This document shows, in pieces, positions 1 to 14,546 of a DNA stretch of 64,000 nt. The position numbers were made by a program, and so were the translations under genes. The DNA lies in the NCBI GenBank assembly GCA_964016885.1, contig OZ024742.1:304234001-304298000 (forward strand), in the 5' to 3' direction. The notes under the pieces are model-generated. The model saw only the letters and a list, made by a program, of their open reading frames with translations. It was not told where the DNA came from and searched no databases. This stretch comes from Eledone cirrhosa (taxonomy: Eukaryota). Numbering within the stretch: position 1 is the first letter of the stretch; the number at the start of each line of letters is the position of its first letter.

Positions 1-437
1 AAAAACGTTAAAAATTAAATGAAAATAGGTAACGCTGCAGAATAGGATATGAAATAAAATATAAAAAAAGTCGTATATATGTAAAAAAAAAAAGAAAATG
101 ACCAGAAAGAAAACAAAATGAAAACAAATATCAAAACAAAAATGATAAAATATGAAATGAAACATTGAAAAAAAGGTGAGTGGGATAGGATAAGACTCCA
201 GAGAGAAATAGAAATGAGAAATTATGTGACGTAGAAGCAAAAGTTAAATAAAAACATTAGGAAGAGAAGGAGAAAACGACTCAGAGCGTATATCTAAGTA
301 AAAAGAGAGATAGTATTTAATATAAATAGAATATGTCTATATCTATTCATCTATCTATACATCTATGTATCTATCTATCCATCTATCTCTCTATCTATCT
401 ATTTATCTATCTATCTATATATCTATCTATCTCTCTA

Positions 438-497
<60 letters not shown>

Positions 498-1097
498 TAA
501 AATATATATTCTATCTATCTTCTATCTCTCTATATATATTGATATATATATATATGCGTGTGTCTGTGTGTATGTATGTGTGAATGTGTATGTGTGTGAG
601 TGTGTATGTTTGTGTGACAGAAAAATTACGAGTAAAAAATAAAAATAAAGCGAAAATAAAACGGAGAGCCATGACCGAATATTAAATTAATCAGAAATAG
701 TAACAAATAAAAATATTAATAAACTGAGCAAAAAGTTTTATCAAATATAATAATATTACACAGAAATAAAATGCTATAAAAGAAAATTGAATTTCAAACC
801 AAAAGGTCTGAAAGAGAACTGATTTGGTTGTCACCATAGCAACGGGACTAATTAAAGAGAAAAATGATTTAACTGATTTAAGTATTGGATAGTAAAAAGG
901 AATAACAAATGAATGTGTCTCTATACATACATACTTACATAAATGTAAATATCATGCATATATGTATAAGTATGCATAGATGACTGTATATCAATATAGA
1001 CATACCTACATACGTGCTTACACAGACACAGACACACAGACACACACACACATACACAAACATACACACACATACACACATACACAAACACAAACAC

Positions 1098-1144
<47 letters not shown>

Positions 1145-1147
<3 letters not shown>

Positions 1148-1221
1148 GGTGTCCTAAAAATGTATGCACACTTTGATTAGAATGCTGTAGAAGTGTGTAT
1201 ATATTTCTTTGGGACACCCTG
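1145..1221. mobile_element. 77-bp Tc1/mariner-type MITE
   Basis: Ends CAGGGTGTCC...GGACACCCTG are inverted repeats, flanked by TA on both sides inside a (TA)n tract. Confidence 0.75.
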
Positions 1222-1293
1222 TAAATATATATATATATATATGTATGTTTATATATATACATGTTTATATATATATTTAAATGTATATATATG

Positions 1294-1398
<105 letters not shown>

Positions 1399-3184
1399 AA
1401 GCGAGTGATCAACACCTTCAACTGAATCAATAATCGATTTACGGATTTATAAATCTTGTGTGACACTTAAATCCCGCCAAAATCTTGCAATCACGGCCCT
1501 AAGAGTGTGGGTTACAGAACAACTCAGCAGGTACTTTAGTCATCACCCTTATCTTGCTCATGTTTTTGAGACGACTTTGTCATATTCGCATTTACTCTCT
1601 TGCCAGTGAGCCTGATGTGGGTTGATGATGTGATGAACTGCCAAGCTTGATGACTATCGCTTAATAATTGCGGATAGCAAGGAATAGATGCATAGGTGTG
1701 TCATAGGATGTCTTGAAGAACAGTCCAATGTGTTATTATCCTGGAGTCGAATCTGCCGTGTACTATATTACCTAACGAAATAAATCCAACCCCATACATA
1801 CCTCACAGACATGCAACCCTACACACCCACACACATGCACATACAGTCATATATATATAAGTGTGTGTAGTAAAAATCGGTGAATGTAAAAAAGGAAAAG
1901 TGTAAACAGTGTTCAATCGGGCATGAGAAGTGTTATATTATATTATTTATTTATGTTTAATCACGGAACAATATATGTATATATATATATACGTTTTGAA
2001 AGTACGTTCAAGGCAATTGTTACTTAAATTAAAACTGATTGTTGACAAACAAAATTATAATTTTAGAAATATCTTACTACCTAACTATTTGAATGGATAT
2101 ATGTATCTGTTACTATTGACACTGATTTGCATATCAATATTCAGTTTTAGGCATATGCAGATATCGCAGTTTGCTGTTTTTCAGAACAACATCTAAAGAT
2201 TTCCTCCAGTGACATGATATTTACCTTGATTATAACTGACTATGCCAAGCTATATTTTTTTAGTGAGGCTGTGAAAAAAACGAAATATAAAGAAGAGTTT
2301 TATGACAAAATAAGCAAAGCTAGATTCGTAAAAACCTCCATTAGAATAGTGACGAAAAATCGGAATACAGCCCAGGGATAAAACCAAAAAATAATCCTTC
2401 ATTTTTTATTGGATGAAATAAAGAGAAATATTCGTTTTGTACCAATAGCGAATATAAAGTTAAGGTCAACAAATCTATAATCCTCTCCTCACAAACTTTG
2501 CTTTCGGACAAAAACAGTTGGAGTACTGCAAATATAAGCAATCAGGGGCAATTTTCACTCTGTCTAATCGGAGCCACATGAAAATGTTGAGTACACTAAA
2601 GAAAACTTCCACATGAAACGGGATGATATTCAAAGAATTTATGATGTTTGTTTAGAAATGGCAAGATCCTAATGTACCATAAGCAACCATAGATTTACAA
2701 ACGATGCTATTACGCCTTTCATAATTTGGTATATTTATTGCAGCGTGTTATAAAACAAAATAATATAGCTGGATTTGTTTTTGGCAGTTGCCTAAGTAGA
2801 AGTGGGCATTGCAAGAATATAACTGTGAAATAGAATTTCTCTTAGCAGATGTGTCCCATCTCACAAATGTTTTCTATTTTCTTATTATTTAATTCTATGT
2901 GTGTTATATAGATTTGCGTTTCCGATGTTCTAATTGACATTCATAATCCTGCAAATAGCGAAAAGCATGTAACATGAATACACGAATTTCTACCGAATTT
3001 ATTATTAGTTCAATATAATGTTAAACTACGAAAGCTCTGTGAAGTTACTTTCATTCAATTTATTGCATTTTACACTATGGATAACTGCATAACTGGGATG
3101 TATATGCTCTTTTTACTCATATATTATACACACACATTCGGATTTAAATCCTTTTCTCATATCATAAGTTAATAGTAGTGCTGT

Positions 3185-4410
3185 CATTTTAGGTCACATG
3201 TTTCTTTATCAGCCGATGTAAGATATTTTGTAATCAGGCTGAAAAGCGTCCGCATTTAATGGAAAAGTTTTGTTCGTTTCCTTTGAGTTTGGTAGAATTC
3301 CCAATAGGGAATTAGCATATGTAATATATATAAAGAGAGAGATGATTAGATATCTAGTGTGATAAAGGACAAATAAGGGAGCTAACTGTTCTAGGGTCCA
3401 AATGGAGTTGACAGGTAAAAAATAGTAAGTTATGAATGGAGAGTTCATGTAGAGGTGCGTATATGATTTCGGTAGTCATTGAGAAAGACCAGGAATGGTA
3501 GGGTTCTTTTAATCAGATAAACGCTTATTTTCACATTCTTTAATATGAATTTAAGGACTTTTGGGTAGCGAGGGAAGCAGCATGTCTTTGTATTTAGAGA
3601 GTTGTTGTTTGTGTAGCGTTTCTTAGTATGTTCCTACTTTCTGCCGTATATAATTGGGTGGGGATCCTTCAACAACGTTACATTTCATGGTAACATTAGT
3701 AGCCATGCTTTTGCGTGTCCAAACATGGTTAGTAAGTCTAATGATTTCTAAATTTTTTTGGATATCTAAACGCGCGTTTGCAGTTTAAAGCGGCTTTCCG
3801 GCATTTTCACGTAGGTTTTGACTTTCAGTTGTCGGTTTAGTTGGGTCACGGTGACATCAGTTTCAATCCTCACGGTGGTCACATTGCACACTTGGTCTAT
3901 GGTGCATGCTTTTGGTGTTCTGCGTGAGCCCCCTGGTGTGGGGAGATTATGGATTTGTTTTTTATGTTGGTTTTCAAATCCCAGTATTATCCAATTATAA
4001 TTATGTGTCTGTTAAAATACATTTGTAATTGTGATTTTCTGGGAAATGGTTATCTATGAAAGCTAAAACTGTCTTACTTACGTTGGTCCTAACATTTAGC
4101 TCCATTTCTCTTGTTTCTAGTTCCAGGCTATTGGCTAGTGAGGTACAAAAGCTTATCTTTAAAGCTCTGTTAGCTTGGGCGCTATTATAATATGAATACC
4201 AATATCATGTACGTCTGTGCGAATTCTAAATTTCTCTCTAATAAGGTATTTGATATTTATAACCGGGATTTGGCCCTGCCATTTGTGACGGATGATAAAG
4301 CCCTAACGTTTAGATATACATTCAGGTTTTATGTCTATATTTAAAGAGCTGGTAGAGAGCTTGGTCTCATCATTGATGACTCTATAAATAATAGCCTCCG
4401 CTTACTTTTA
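3185..4410 (-). mobile_element. Degenerate Penelope-like element fragment (RT C-terminal region and 3' region)
   Basis: Minus-strand translation near 4080-4010 gives VLAFIDNHFPENHNYKCI, matching the block FFRLLEKHFPLQHRYHNIINKNTIKLSYS in the PLE at 47 kb; many stops; HHR-like relic near 3185-3250. Confidence 0.6.
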
Positions 4411-4417
4411 TCCGATA

Positions 4418-4471
<54 letters not shown>

Positions 4472-4472
<1 letters not shown>

Positions 4473-6760
4473 TAGCAGTTTAGCCCGGCGTTGCTCGGGT
4501 TTGTTCATTTGCTATGAAAAGTTACATACAGGTAAACCTTGCTTGAAACCGCATAAGCTTATCAATTAAGTGCATAAAGCAGTTGAACCGGTTATTAAAA
4601 GGTTACGAACCAATTAGCATTTTGGACAATCAATCATGGGTTAATAATCTTACAATAGCGAATTTAGTAGACCAAAGTTGCAAGATGGTAGCCCTGATGC
4701 CGTTGGGTGTCAGATCTGTCCGCTATGGGTGACCCTGCCAGTTTCCTTGACGGCATAGCTCCAACACCTGCACCAACATCTATAGCACCTCTTTGTAAGT
4801 GTTTGAGGAGTGTAAGCAAAAATCCATTCCTGCTCCTTACGAAGGAACAGGCAACATAAAGTTGGCCATGGGAGAAGCATGGCTCCCCCGAATGGATGCC
4901 CGCCACCGACAATGTTTGCCCTTGTGATTTGTTAATGGACATGACAAAACATGGTCTCACCGGGAATTGGGATCGCCGGAAATCGAACGGGATATCTGAC
5001 GCCGAGGGGAAAAGGTTCATCCTTGGAATGAAAACATTCTCCCCTCTCCTTCACCCCGTTACAATGGTGGCCTCAATCAAGTGGGGCGTCAGTGACTTGA
5101 CGACCATGCGAGTATCGTTGCACTGCTTTGGTGGACGCAAATTCCTTATTAGCATAATGGGACAGCCAACCCTAAGCTTAAGAATGTGAGCTGGGAGCCC
5201 TGGGGGCTCAAGGGAATTTAATAACTCAACCGGATAATTAACGATATCGTCGGGGTCTGACGTCCGGTCGATATAGATTTGAAGATGTGTTCTTTACCGG
5301 GAATCTTCTCAATCAGCTGCAAGTTAATACGATGGTATTTTTCGGAGCAAGGATGGCTCTTTCCCTGAGCCAATCGAGGTTTTTAAAGTTAGATAAGACG
5401 TTAGGAAAAACTGCTTCCCAAAGGTCAGAAGGGCTGCTCACAATGTTGCACAGGGAGTCGATTGCTATGCCGCCCTTGTCATCCGCAGGGACCTTGCCCT
5501 CACCAAGTGCTAAAATATTCTGAGCAAATGCTGCAGACATGTGGTCACCATGCAAATGGGCACGCATATTTGTGCTCAGGTACAAACCCTTCACCTGGAG
5601 CCACAACATGGACGACTTAAGGCAGGCACGCACTTCATCAGCTCTTGTCCCTTTGGGGATGACAGGCAGCGTTTGCCGAAAATCCCCTGATAATAGAAGG
5701 GTTTCGCCACCCATAGGAGCCGTAGAATCCCTAATGTCTTTCAGGGTCCCGTCCAATGCCTCAAGGGCACCCTTGTGTGCCATTGTGCACTCATCGCAAA
5801 CAATGAGGCAACCTTCTTTGATAACCAGAGCTTCGTGTGAACTCTTTCTTATATTGCATGTTGGTGTCTCAGTTTCTACTAAATCCAAGGAGAGTTTAAA
5901 GGTTGAATGTGCTGTCCTGCCTCCCGGCAGCAAAATAGCAGCGATCCCGGACGATGCACGGCCAACACAATTTTTTTCTCCTGACGAATCTTAGCGAGAA
6001 TCAATTTCGTTACATAAGTTTTTTTCGGTACCCCCAGGAGCATCGAGAAAGTAAATACCCCCAGTCTGATTTTGAACCGCGTCAATGATAGTTAGATAGG
6101 CCAACCTTTGGTCCGACAAAAGTTTGGGGTCATTTTCCTCTAAGTATTGGGAAAGAGATTCGATGTCATATGCTGTTTCCCGCAACAAATCCGTGGCTAA
6201 CGTTTTAGCTCCCTCTCTGACGGTTGACGCAAGCCATACGTCGCCAACTCGCTCCCACCCATGTCGAGGAGGGCATCCTCGATATCAATGAGTGTCCTGT
6301 TGTAGATAATGTCGCTGTAACCAACTTCCACTGAAGTATACTGCAGATGAGCCAGGCGCAGGAAGTCCTCAGACATGAAGTCTCTGTACTTGACCCATAA
6401 AGATTTGGGATCACCCAATTCACACGTTTGAAGCAAAATGGCAAAGAGTTCCCGTAGACCTTTAGGTGATTTCAACAAAGCACCCTCTGCTAAAGTGGAA
6501 TCCCATTGCGAATCATCTTCCAAAAGACCACGCTTAAAGTAGGCTTCCCGGTATTTATCACATATTTCTCCATCAACAGTTTTGAGGTCCTGAAAACTTT
6601 GTGGGCCTACATCTTCATGCAGAAGAAGGCGGAGATGAAAGCACTCATGGTGACTTGGGGGCACAGTGCAAACCCTTGCAAGACAGCTGTCAAATTTTAC
6701 ACCAGGATGTCTTTCAACAGCCTGACCTGACTTTCTTCGCACCCAAGTGTTTTTCGACTA
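4472..6760 (-). mobile_element. Helitron remnant (3' part of Rep/PIF1-like helicase, frameshifted) with intact 3' terminus
   Basis: PIF1 motifs [72 protein letters not shown] spread across frames; 3' end on minus is hairpin CCCGAGCAACGCCGGG then CTAG|T at 4472. Confidence 0.93.
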
Positions 6761-6867
6761 TATAAAGAAGGATGGAACCTGGAGCTCAGGATTCCTTTTC
6801 CTTTGAGCACATTATTGACAGGGAATAACGAGAGTCTATGGCTCGTAATATATATATATATATATCG

Positions 6868-6900
<33 letters not shown>

Positions 6901-7038
6901 GTTGAGAGGCCAGTGTACACAATAACATTTCCAGAGTAATAAGATTCAAACTAGGTTTTCCTGAAGAATATATTATGTACACACACACACACACACGCGC
7001 GCGCGCACGCAGACACACACATACACACACACACACAT

Positions 7039-7073
<35 letters not shown>

Positions 7074-7444
7074 ATTTATATGCATTCGCGCGCTTCAACG
7101 TATGGTCTAATGGAATCGATCTATATCATCCTTGTTTATTTTACAGTAATGAACTATCAGTCTCATAACAACACATCCACAGATCTTTTTGGCTGTACAT
7201 AATATTGTGGACTTGCTTACTACTAACCGATAACAATTGTCGTAATCAATGCTGGTATAACCATAGTTAGTGACAGAGAAATAACATTTAGCACACAGTT
7301 GCAGCAGCAACAATATGTAAAAAGTAGAAGCATCAACAGTTAACGTCAACTATGGCTACTACATCAACGAACGCAGTAATAGAGGAGATAGACAATGGTA
7401 AAAAGGGAGACAATCCACATAATGTAAGTGAGACGAGGATTTCA

Positions 7445-7605
7445 TTCGCTCAAGTAGCATGAATGAATGGTTAAGAGGCAGGCTTTGGAATCAGCAGGTT
7501 TCGGGTTTTATCCCACTACTTTGGCAAGTGCCTATTACTATAGCCCCGGGTCGATCTATGGCCCAGGAAGGAAATTGTGTAGACAGAAACTATTTGGCAG
7601 ACGAT
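7445..7605 (+). mobile_element. Degenerate tRNA-derived SINE
   Basis: B-box-like CGGGTTTTATCCCACT followed by TTGGCAAGTGCCTATTACTATAGCCCCGGG, recognised from memory as an Octopus SINE core; not database-verified. Confidence 0.5.
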
Positions 7606-7965
7606 CGTCTGAACTGTGCCTGTAAATGAAAGCACCTCCTTATAAATTGGATTACGCTGGATGTCACTGAGGATGACATTAAGGATACATGTGTCTATGG
7701 TATGCGCAGTCACTAAACCTGTTGCCCCATTTAACACCACCATGTTTGTTGCAATCATTTGGGTAAGGTCACCAACATGACTATATCTATAGTCGTGATG
7801 ACACTGGAAATAAAGGCCATGGAAACAACCCTTCCCTCTCTTTAGACAATGCAATATTATGATGAATAACGCTTTTGAATTAATCAACATTATATTCCCT
7901 TTCACTTAATCATGCGTTGTAATTCAATATACTTGAATTAACTATATGTACATATATTTATTTTA

Positions 7966-8175
7966 ATAATAATTGTTTCTACTTTTGGCACAAGGCCAGC
8001 AATTACCCAGTGCATTACTGGTACTTTATTTTATCAACCCAGTAAGGATGAAAGGTAAAGTAAACCTCGGCGTGATTTGAACTCAGAATGGCAAGGACCG
8101 TAAAAGCATGCCGTCAAAGCATGGCGTCCGACCCTCTACCGATACTGCCAATCCACCGCCTTTTTTAATAATAAT
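7966..8175 (-). mobile_element. tRNA-derived SINE in (AAT)n context
   Basis: Minus strand GGCGGTGGATTGGCAGTATCGGTAGA (A box) ... TTCTGAGTTCAAATC (B box); same family as the copies at 37.6-37.96 kb; AAT repeats at both ends. Confidence 0.8.
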
Positions 8176-9693
8176 ATACATTCTTCATATTGTGTGCATG
8201 TCTGCTTTACAGGTATGCACCCATCTGTTACTCTATATCAGGTGAGAATAGATGTGGTATACTTCTTGGCCGTAAATCGGATCGGAAGTGTACTCAAGTC
8301 CCACAGAGTCAATCCACCTTGAAGAGAACATCTAGATACAACGAATGTTTAGCAGAGATATAGTTGTGTCTGCCGTTCCCGACCCTCAAATATTTGATGC
8401 GATTTATGCATTTCATTTACTTATATTATACAAAGTTTCACTCAAACCCCGCGTTTTATATATAAGTATCTTTGCAGAATAGTTCAATGATTATACATTT
8501 CAATGCCATATACGGAGAACCAAATCACCTGGGGAGTGTTAACCATATCAAGTGATCAGTATAAAAAGAAGCACCCTGTAAATATGTAAATATGAAATAT
8601 ATTCGCATTCACGGAGAATTATGCATTTGCAGATCATACCGGAAACCTAAATTTAACAAAGCCGAAATACACTCAACCAAAATTGTCCTAAAATTGATAT
8701 CTACAAAATGAAAACGTCCGCTTCTGCGGAAATTAGTTGCGTATATGATATGGAACTGCCGAGTAAAATAAATGAATGGACGACATTTATGTATCCCTGA
8801 TGCCTATATTTGAATTATTTTATGCCATCTATATGTACTCTCTTATTTTCGACTCTGATCAACACAGCAGGATATAAAAAAGATTATTTCCTAAGAAGAC
8901 GTATTTCGTAATACATAAACTACAAAACATAGATGATAAAACGTCTACAAAACATTATGAGCTGTAAATGGAAAAAAAATGATGACGTAAAGCGGCATGA
9001 GAGAAAGGGTTGCCATCTTCTCTGTCTTTTAGAGCCTTGGATAGAAATCGGAGAATAAGAACCGCCTACAGAAGAAATAATAACATTCCAGTCAGAGGAT
9101 GCTATATTTCAATAAACAATAACATGGTTTGACGTGATGCTTTCACGACACACATCCTGATAATACAAAACTAAACATTCATCGTCTAGAATCTCAATAG
9201 TAACGAAGACCCACACACACACACACATATATATATATATACACACACATATGTATATATATACATATATGTATGTGTGGGTGCGCGCGCGCTTGTGTGT
9301 GTGTGTTTCTGTGTGTGTGTGTGTGTGTGTACACTATTGTGTTCGATTATTACGTATACATGGATTTGTTAGAACCAAATTAGAGAATATTTGATACAGA
9401 AATCAATACATGATGTTGAGTTAAACATATTTTTATCTAATAATCGAAATGAATTAAACTTTCACCAAAAAAATATTTTTAATATATATTTATGTATAGA
9501 AGTATGTATGTATATTTTATATGTGTATAGATGTGTGTGCAAATAAGGTGTAAGTGCATGCGAATTTGTAAGTACGTTCCTATGTCGGTCTGGTACTGTT
9601 TGTATGTTAGTAGATAATTCAATAAATCAGTAACATTTTTCAAGATTACCCGCAATACTATATATATACATTTATACAAACACACAGACACAG

Positions 9694-9742
<49 letters not shown>

Positions 9743-10213
9743 AACACATACATATATATATATAGACATACGTATGTGTGAGTGTGTGTGTGCGTGCGCA
9801 CAGATACTCAGAAATACATATATTATTTTGCCGTCTATATAATTCGGAAAAGCAGAATATACTTTCTCAACCTTCTTCAGAGAAACACTGCTTAAGTAAT
9901 CGCCTTGGCTGCTTTAGTCGCTGTCTCCACGAAACAAAATTCTTTTTTTGAAAATGGTATAGACCAGGCTAACTTGAATTTCCATACTTTTGTGGTTTTT
10001 ATATTTACCTGTCTTTATAGTAACTAAATTGTTTTTTTGTTTATAGCTAAATTCGATATTACTTACTTAATCTCATGTTACTATCTAATTTTCGAATTCT
10101 CTAGTTGTTTGTAAACAAAGCCTCATTTGAGTCTCCCTGTTTATATACATATATATATATACGTATATACCTGCGATGGTTATATAGCTTCTAATTACAT
10201 GGAAGAAAGAATG

Positions 10214-10290
10214 GGTCGCGTGTTAGTGTAATGTTAACACATTGGTCCGACAAACTAAAGATGTGGGTTCGTGTCCCATGTTCGTCAATA
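10214..10290 (+). pseudogene. tRNA-like sequence (SINE head or tRNA-Val(GAC) pseudogene)
   Basis: A box TAGTGTAATG, anticodon arm TTGGT-CCGACAA-ACTAA, B box GGTTCGTGTCC; acceptor stem poor. Confidence 0.45.
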
Positions 10291-10452
10291 CTCATCCTTT
10301 TTTTTCCATTCAGATGGTTTTTTAAAATCCCAACTAACAGATTAATTTTACTTACTATAGGGCGTAAGCACATGTTACAACCTAATTTTATATATATATA
10401 TATACATATATATATCAAAGAGAAAATCCGAAGGCAAGATAAAATTTCCAAT

Positions 10453-10539
10453 CATTTTAATCACGACACATGTTTCAATAAGAGATAGATCGATCGTGAA
10501 GCCATGATCAATTATCACTGATCTCATCAGGTGAAAATG
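10453..10539 (-). ncRNA. Type I hammerhead ribozyme motif in PLE 3' pLTR
   Basis: UUCAC-CUGAUGA-(helix II region)-GAAA-CAUGU-GUC-GUGA; helix I UCAC/GUGA; helix II base is irregular. Confidence 0.65.
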
Positions 10540-12895
10540 AATTGTCTTCAAATTCTAGATATGAGGGAGAAAATTAGCAACGTTCACTCACAGAGTTTAT
10601 TCCCCCATATGAAGATCAAGCAGTCAAAATATGGCGACTGCTATCAACTTCAGTTAAGGTCATAAAACTATCAAGTTTCTATATCCCAATGGCTGCAAAA
10701 GACGCTGGACATCAATCAAATCTGTAGAATTACAGTCGGTCACAGTTAATGTGAGTGGGTACACACACACTCAACACCCACACACACTGACTCGAGAAGA
10801 AAAAAAAATATATGTACACATATCAACACAGCATCAAATCTGTAGAACTATAGACGGTCACAATTAGTGTGAGTGGGTACACACACACTCACACACACAC
10901 CGAAGCGATGTCAAAGGAAAAACAATAAATATGATAATATACCAACATAGCATTCACCGAAAGTTAGTTTACAAAACAACAAATGCTACATTGGTTAAAT
11001 CTCAATTTGACGATGCAAATAGGAAATATTGGGTTAATCACATCCCCCCCCCCCCCTCCATACACACACACATACACACACAAGCAAGTAAGTTCAGTTC
11101 AGTGTTCTGCTATACGTGTATAGATTGAATTGTAACATCCGTATCTCCAAATAGTGTATGTTATGGTATATACACATCCGTATCGTCCAAAAAAGTGTAT
11201 GTCTAGGTATATACACATCCATGTAAAGAGCAAGCAATCAGCACATATCGAACTCAGTATGTACCGCTGTCCCATTGAGAATCCGAGTCCCCAAAACTGT
11301 GCGCGCAAGCCACCGCTATGTAGGCTAGCAAGAGGCTCCGTGTAGAGTTGGCTATTTGGGTTAAGATGTCAGTAAGTGCGATTTCCCGTCATAAGGGCCC
11401 TTGGGCTTTTAAGATAGGTGTTTCAGTGGTGGAGGTGTGTTATCCAACACAAAAAGTAAAGTAAAATAATAAAGGATAGCAAAACTCAGAGGATGTTTGT
11501 AGGCCCATTAATGGTGTGTAAGTATTATTGTTCAATCCGTAACTGTAAGCACTCCATGGTTGATCACGGATCAAAACCTAGTGTAGTGTTCAATCGGTAG
11601 GAACGTGACCAGTAGCAACTGTGGGAACTCAATGTCTAAAGAAAACGGTACTCTGTGTAGAGTTATGTATAGAGAGCGTAATCGGTTTTAACTGAGTGTG
11701 CAATACGTCTAGCTACATCTCAACCGAGAGAACTCAATGGTTAGGGTATCTTAAAGTAAAGGTAAATGCGCGTAATTGGTCTTGCCTGAGTGTGTAATCA
11801 TTTACTAACTAGGTATTCTGAGTGTGTAATCATTCTAACTATTTACTAACTAGGTATTCTAAAGTGCACTCAGCTGTGAGAACTCTGTGGAAACAGGCCG
11901 AGTACCGTTTGTAGGTGCGCAAACGATCTGAGCCGTCTAACTACCTGAGTGTGTGATTGTCTATTTATTGAGAGAACTCTATGGTTAAAGTAGAGAGGGA
12001 GGAGTTAGTGGTAGGTTACTTTCCAAAAATGCTGCGGAAGGTTTTCGAAGTTCTATATTGGCAGTTGCTGAAAATATCCGTATACATAAATTATATCCTA
12101 TACATAAATTACAGACGCCAGTGTTGCCGTTATAAGGCTGGGCTGAGCAAATTAAGGACCAGAATAAAGAATGCTCTATATTCTGTTGTTTAAGCTTCCA
12201 GACTAATTCCGAAAGCGTCGTGCTATTTTTTAAATCTAATATATTAAAGGTATGGCGGTGATTATATCATCTATTCTTAAATTCAGTGGCAGTTGCCCCA
12301 ACATACCTGAAGGTTCTATCAAGAGTGGAGACCTTACAGTCGTAGACTATTTTTTGGTGAGGCATTTCCCAGCCATGGGGCAAGTGGCGGTGTTCCTGCA
12401 ATTACATTTTCTGTTATCGACCTGGGTTCCAGAGGAACCAAGTACCTTCGGGGTCGGGTCTCAGTTTTTGTCTGCTCTATGGGTAAGTTCCCAGGGGTTG
12501 GGGTGACCCGACTCGCCTCACGTGTATGAGTCCGTTTATCCATAGAGCGGCCATTAGTTCTGCCATGTCTAGTCGCCACTTCAGCTGTCCTAAGTCTACT
12601 ATAATTCATCTTTGCTATATTCTGAGCTATGTTACTGGTTGAGGAGTAGGACAGCTTGATGGTATTCCTATTGAATATTTTATAGTATCTGTGTGATCTA
12701 GGGAAGCATTTGTCTAAGGCCCTAAAGAAAAGCTTAGCTCTAGTAGTGGTCAGGTCAGTGGAGTAAAGGGGGTTAACTTAACTGAAGTTGATAGCAGTTG
12801 CCATATGTTGACTGCTTGATCTTCATATGAGTGAATAAACTCTGTGAGTGAACATTGCTAATTTTCTCCCTCATATCAGGAATTTGAAGACAATT

Positions 12896-12982
12896 CATTT
12901 TCACCTGATGAGATCAGTGATAATTGATCATGGCTCCACGATCGATCGATCTCTTATTAAAACATGTGTCGTGATTAAAATG
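12896..12982 (+). ncRNA. Hammerhead motif, inactive copy (GAAA mutated to AAAA)
   Basis: Inverted copy of 10453-10539; CTGATGA at 12905 intact, G12 replaced by A at 12959. Confidence 0.55.
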
Positions 12983-13148
12983 ATTGGATATGTTACCTTG
13001 CCTTCGGATTTTCATTTTGATACTAATACTTCGTTTTACATCATCTAGCTGTTGCATTGAATGGAATTGGAGATATACAAATGCGTGGAGAACTTAATAT
13101 TGCTAACAAAAATTTATTGGACCGTTTTACACATCCAATAATACACCT

Positions 13149-13218
<70 letters not shown>

Positions 13219-13621
13219 TAGCTTTTGTTACAGGCGAACGCTTTCTAATTTTCTAATGCAACGAGGAATGGAGTATCTAACCCCACTAATTCCAAATTCT
13301 TTCTAATTTGAAGTATTTACCTCTGTTCCTGCACCAATCCATCTATGATGGATGAAACACGTAACGCAGTGTGTTTTTCTTATTACATCACGAACTGTTA
13401 ATCGGAATGATTAGATCTTCCCACACAACTGATACGTAATACTGGTATCATGTAACAGTAAAATCTCTCGTATGGTCGGGTTGTTGGCGACTAAATTGGC
13501 AATGCCGCTAAGCTCTGTTGCTGAAGAGGGCACCTTGGACAGTTTGCGGGACGAAATACATGATCTGTTAAAGAGCGGTAGAACTCATAACAGTGAACGG
13601 TCATCCAATTGTGTGTATATA

Positions 13622-13693
<72 letters not shown>

Positions 13694-14078
13694 CTAGCCG
13701 AATTACTCGTGCCTTGCTGCGTTTCATACATTTCTTTCGTAAGAAAATGATGATTGATTTCAAATCAGTGATATAATTTATGGAGAAAAACTCCATTAGG
13801 GTGTCTTAAAATTATTGAAATTTGCTGAAATTTTGTGAATAGGCATCATATCATTTATCTATGGTTTAAATTTCATATAAATCGAAGGGAAACATTTTTC
13901 AGCGAGGTTTGTGCCCCCGGGAACCTTTGATTAAAATGAAATATACTTATCCAAGTACACTGGGCAAGCAATGTAGTTTCAGAATATATATGGTTCTATC
14001 TTCAAAACCATAGGCGGAGTTCGTGAATAAACAAACAGACAAACAAACAGATAGGAACTACAAGTTTATATATATAGA
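13694..14078 (-). mobile_element. Non-autonomous Helitron
   Basis: Minus strand starts TCTATATATA, carries a (TGTT/TGTC)n subterminal tract and ends with a weak hairpin then CTAG|T. Confidence 0.55.
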
Positions 14079-14511
14079 CATATAGCGTGTGTGTGTGTGT
14101 GCGTTCGTGCATGTGTGTCTGTGGATGTGTGCATACATAACTATAACTGCATATATGTGTAAAAAAGCTCATCAAACATGCGAAGATGTGGACATTCCTG
14201 AACTGTTGCCCAGGCGGACGGTGTGCCAAATTCCAACTCTCTGAGAACCAATGATTTTGACATATTGGTTTGTATGTTGGTCTGTGAGATTTTCCTGGGA
14301 ACGGCTTTTCTCAATTAAATAATTTCACGTGCATTTTCCATAAGATACTTTCTTCTCCAAGAATGATGCCCTAACACGGACCAGGGGTCTTTGTATATGG
14401 TGGACGAACCACACAATCACGCACGAAACCAAGTATTTCCATGTCTTTGCGCTAACATATGTAAGGGCATAAACTGATTCATAAAGACCAACATGCATAC
14501 AAAGTTCCGGC

Positions 14512-14546
<35 letters not shown>

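Larger units (their letters stand above)
10422..13012 (-). mobile_element. 5'-truncated Penelope-like element with inverted pseudo-LTR at the truncated end
   Basis: 12776-12600 minus translates to NPLYSTDLTTTRAKLFFRALDKCFPRSHRYYKIFNRNTIKLSYSS; GIY-YIG-type remnant EFKNR*YNHRHTF...STTLSELVWKLK near 12290-12180; 10422-10659 and 12777-13012 are reverse complements. Confidence 0.85.

Noticed and set aside
5983-5989. CTGACGA core string inside Helitron coding sequence (similar strings occur inside LINE ORFs)
   Set aside because: No accompanying helices or GAAA/NUH in register; expected by chance
9825-9890. Minus-strand CTGAAGA hammerhead candidate
   Set aside because: No convincing helices or cleavage triplet
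13515-13595. CTGAAGA...GAAA hammerhead candidate
   Set aside because: Helix II and III poorly paired and no valid NUH in register with helix I; counted only as a relic
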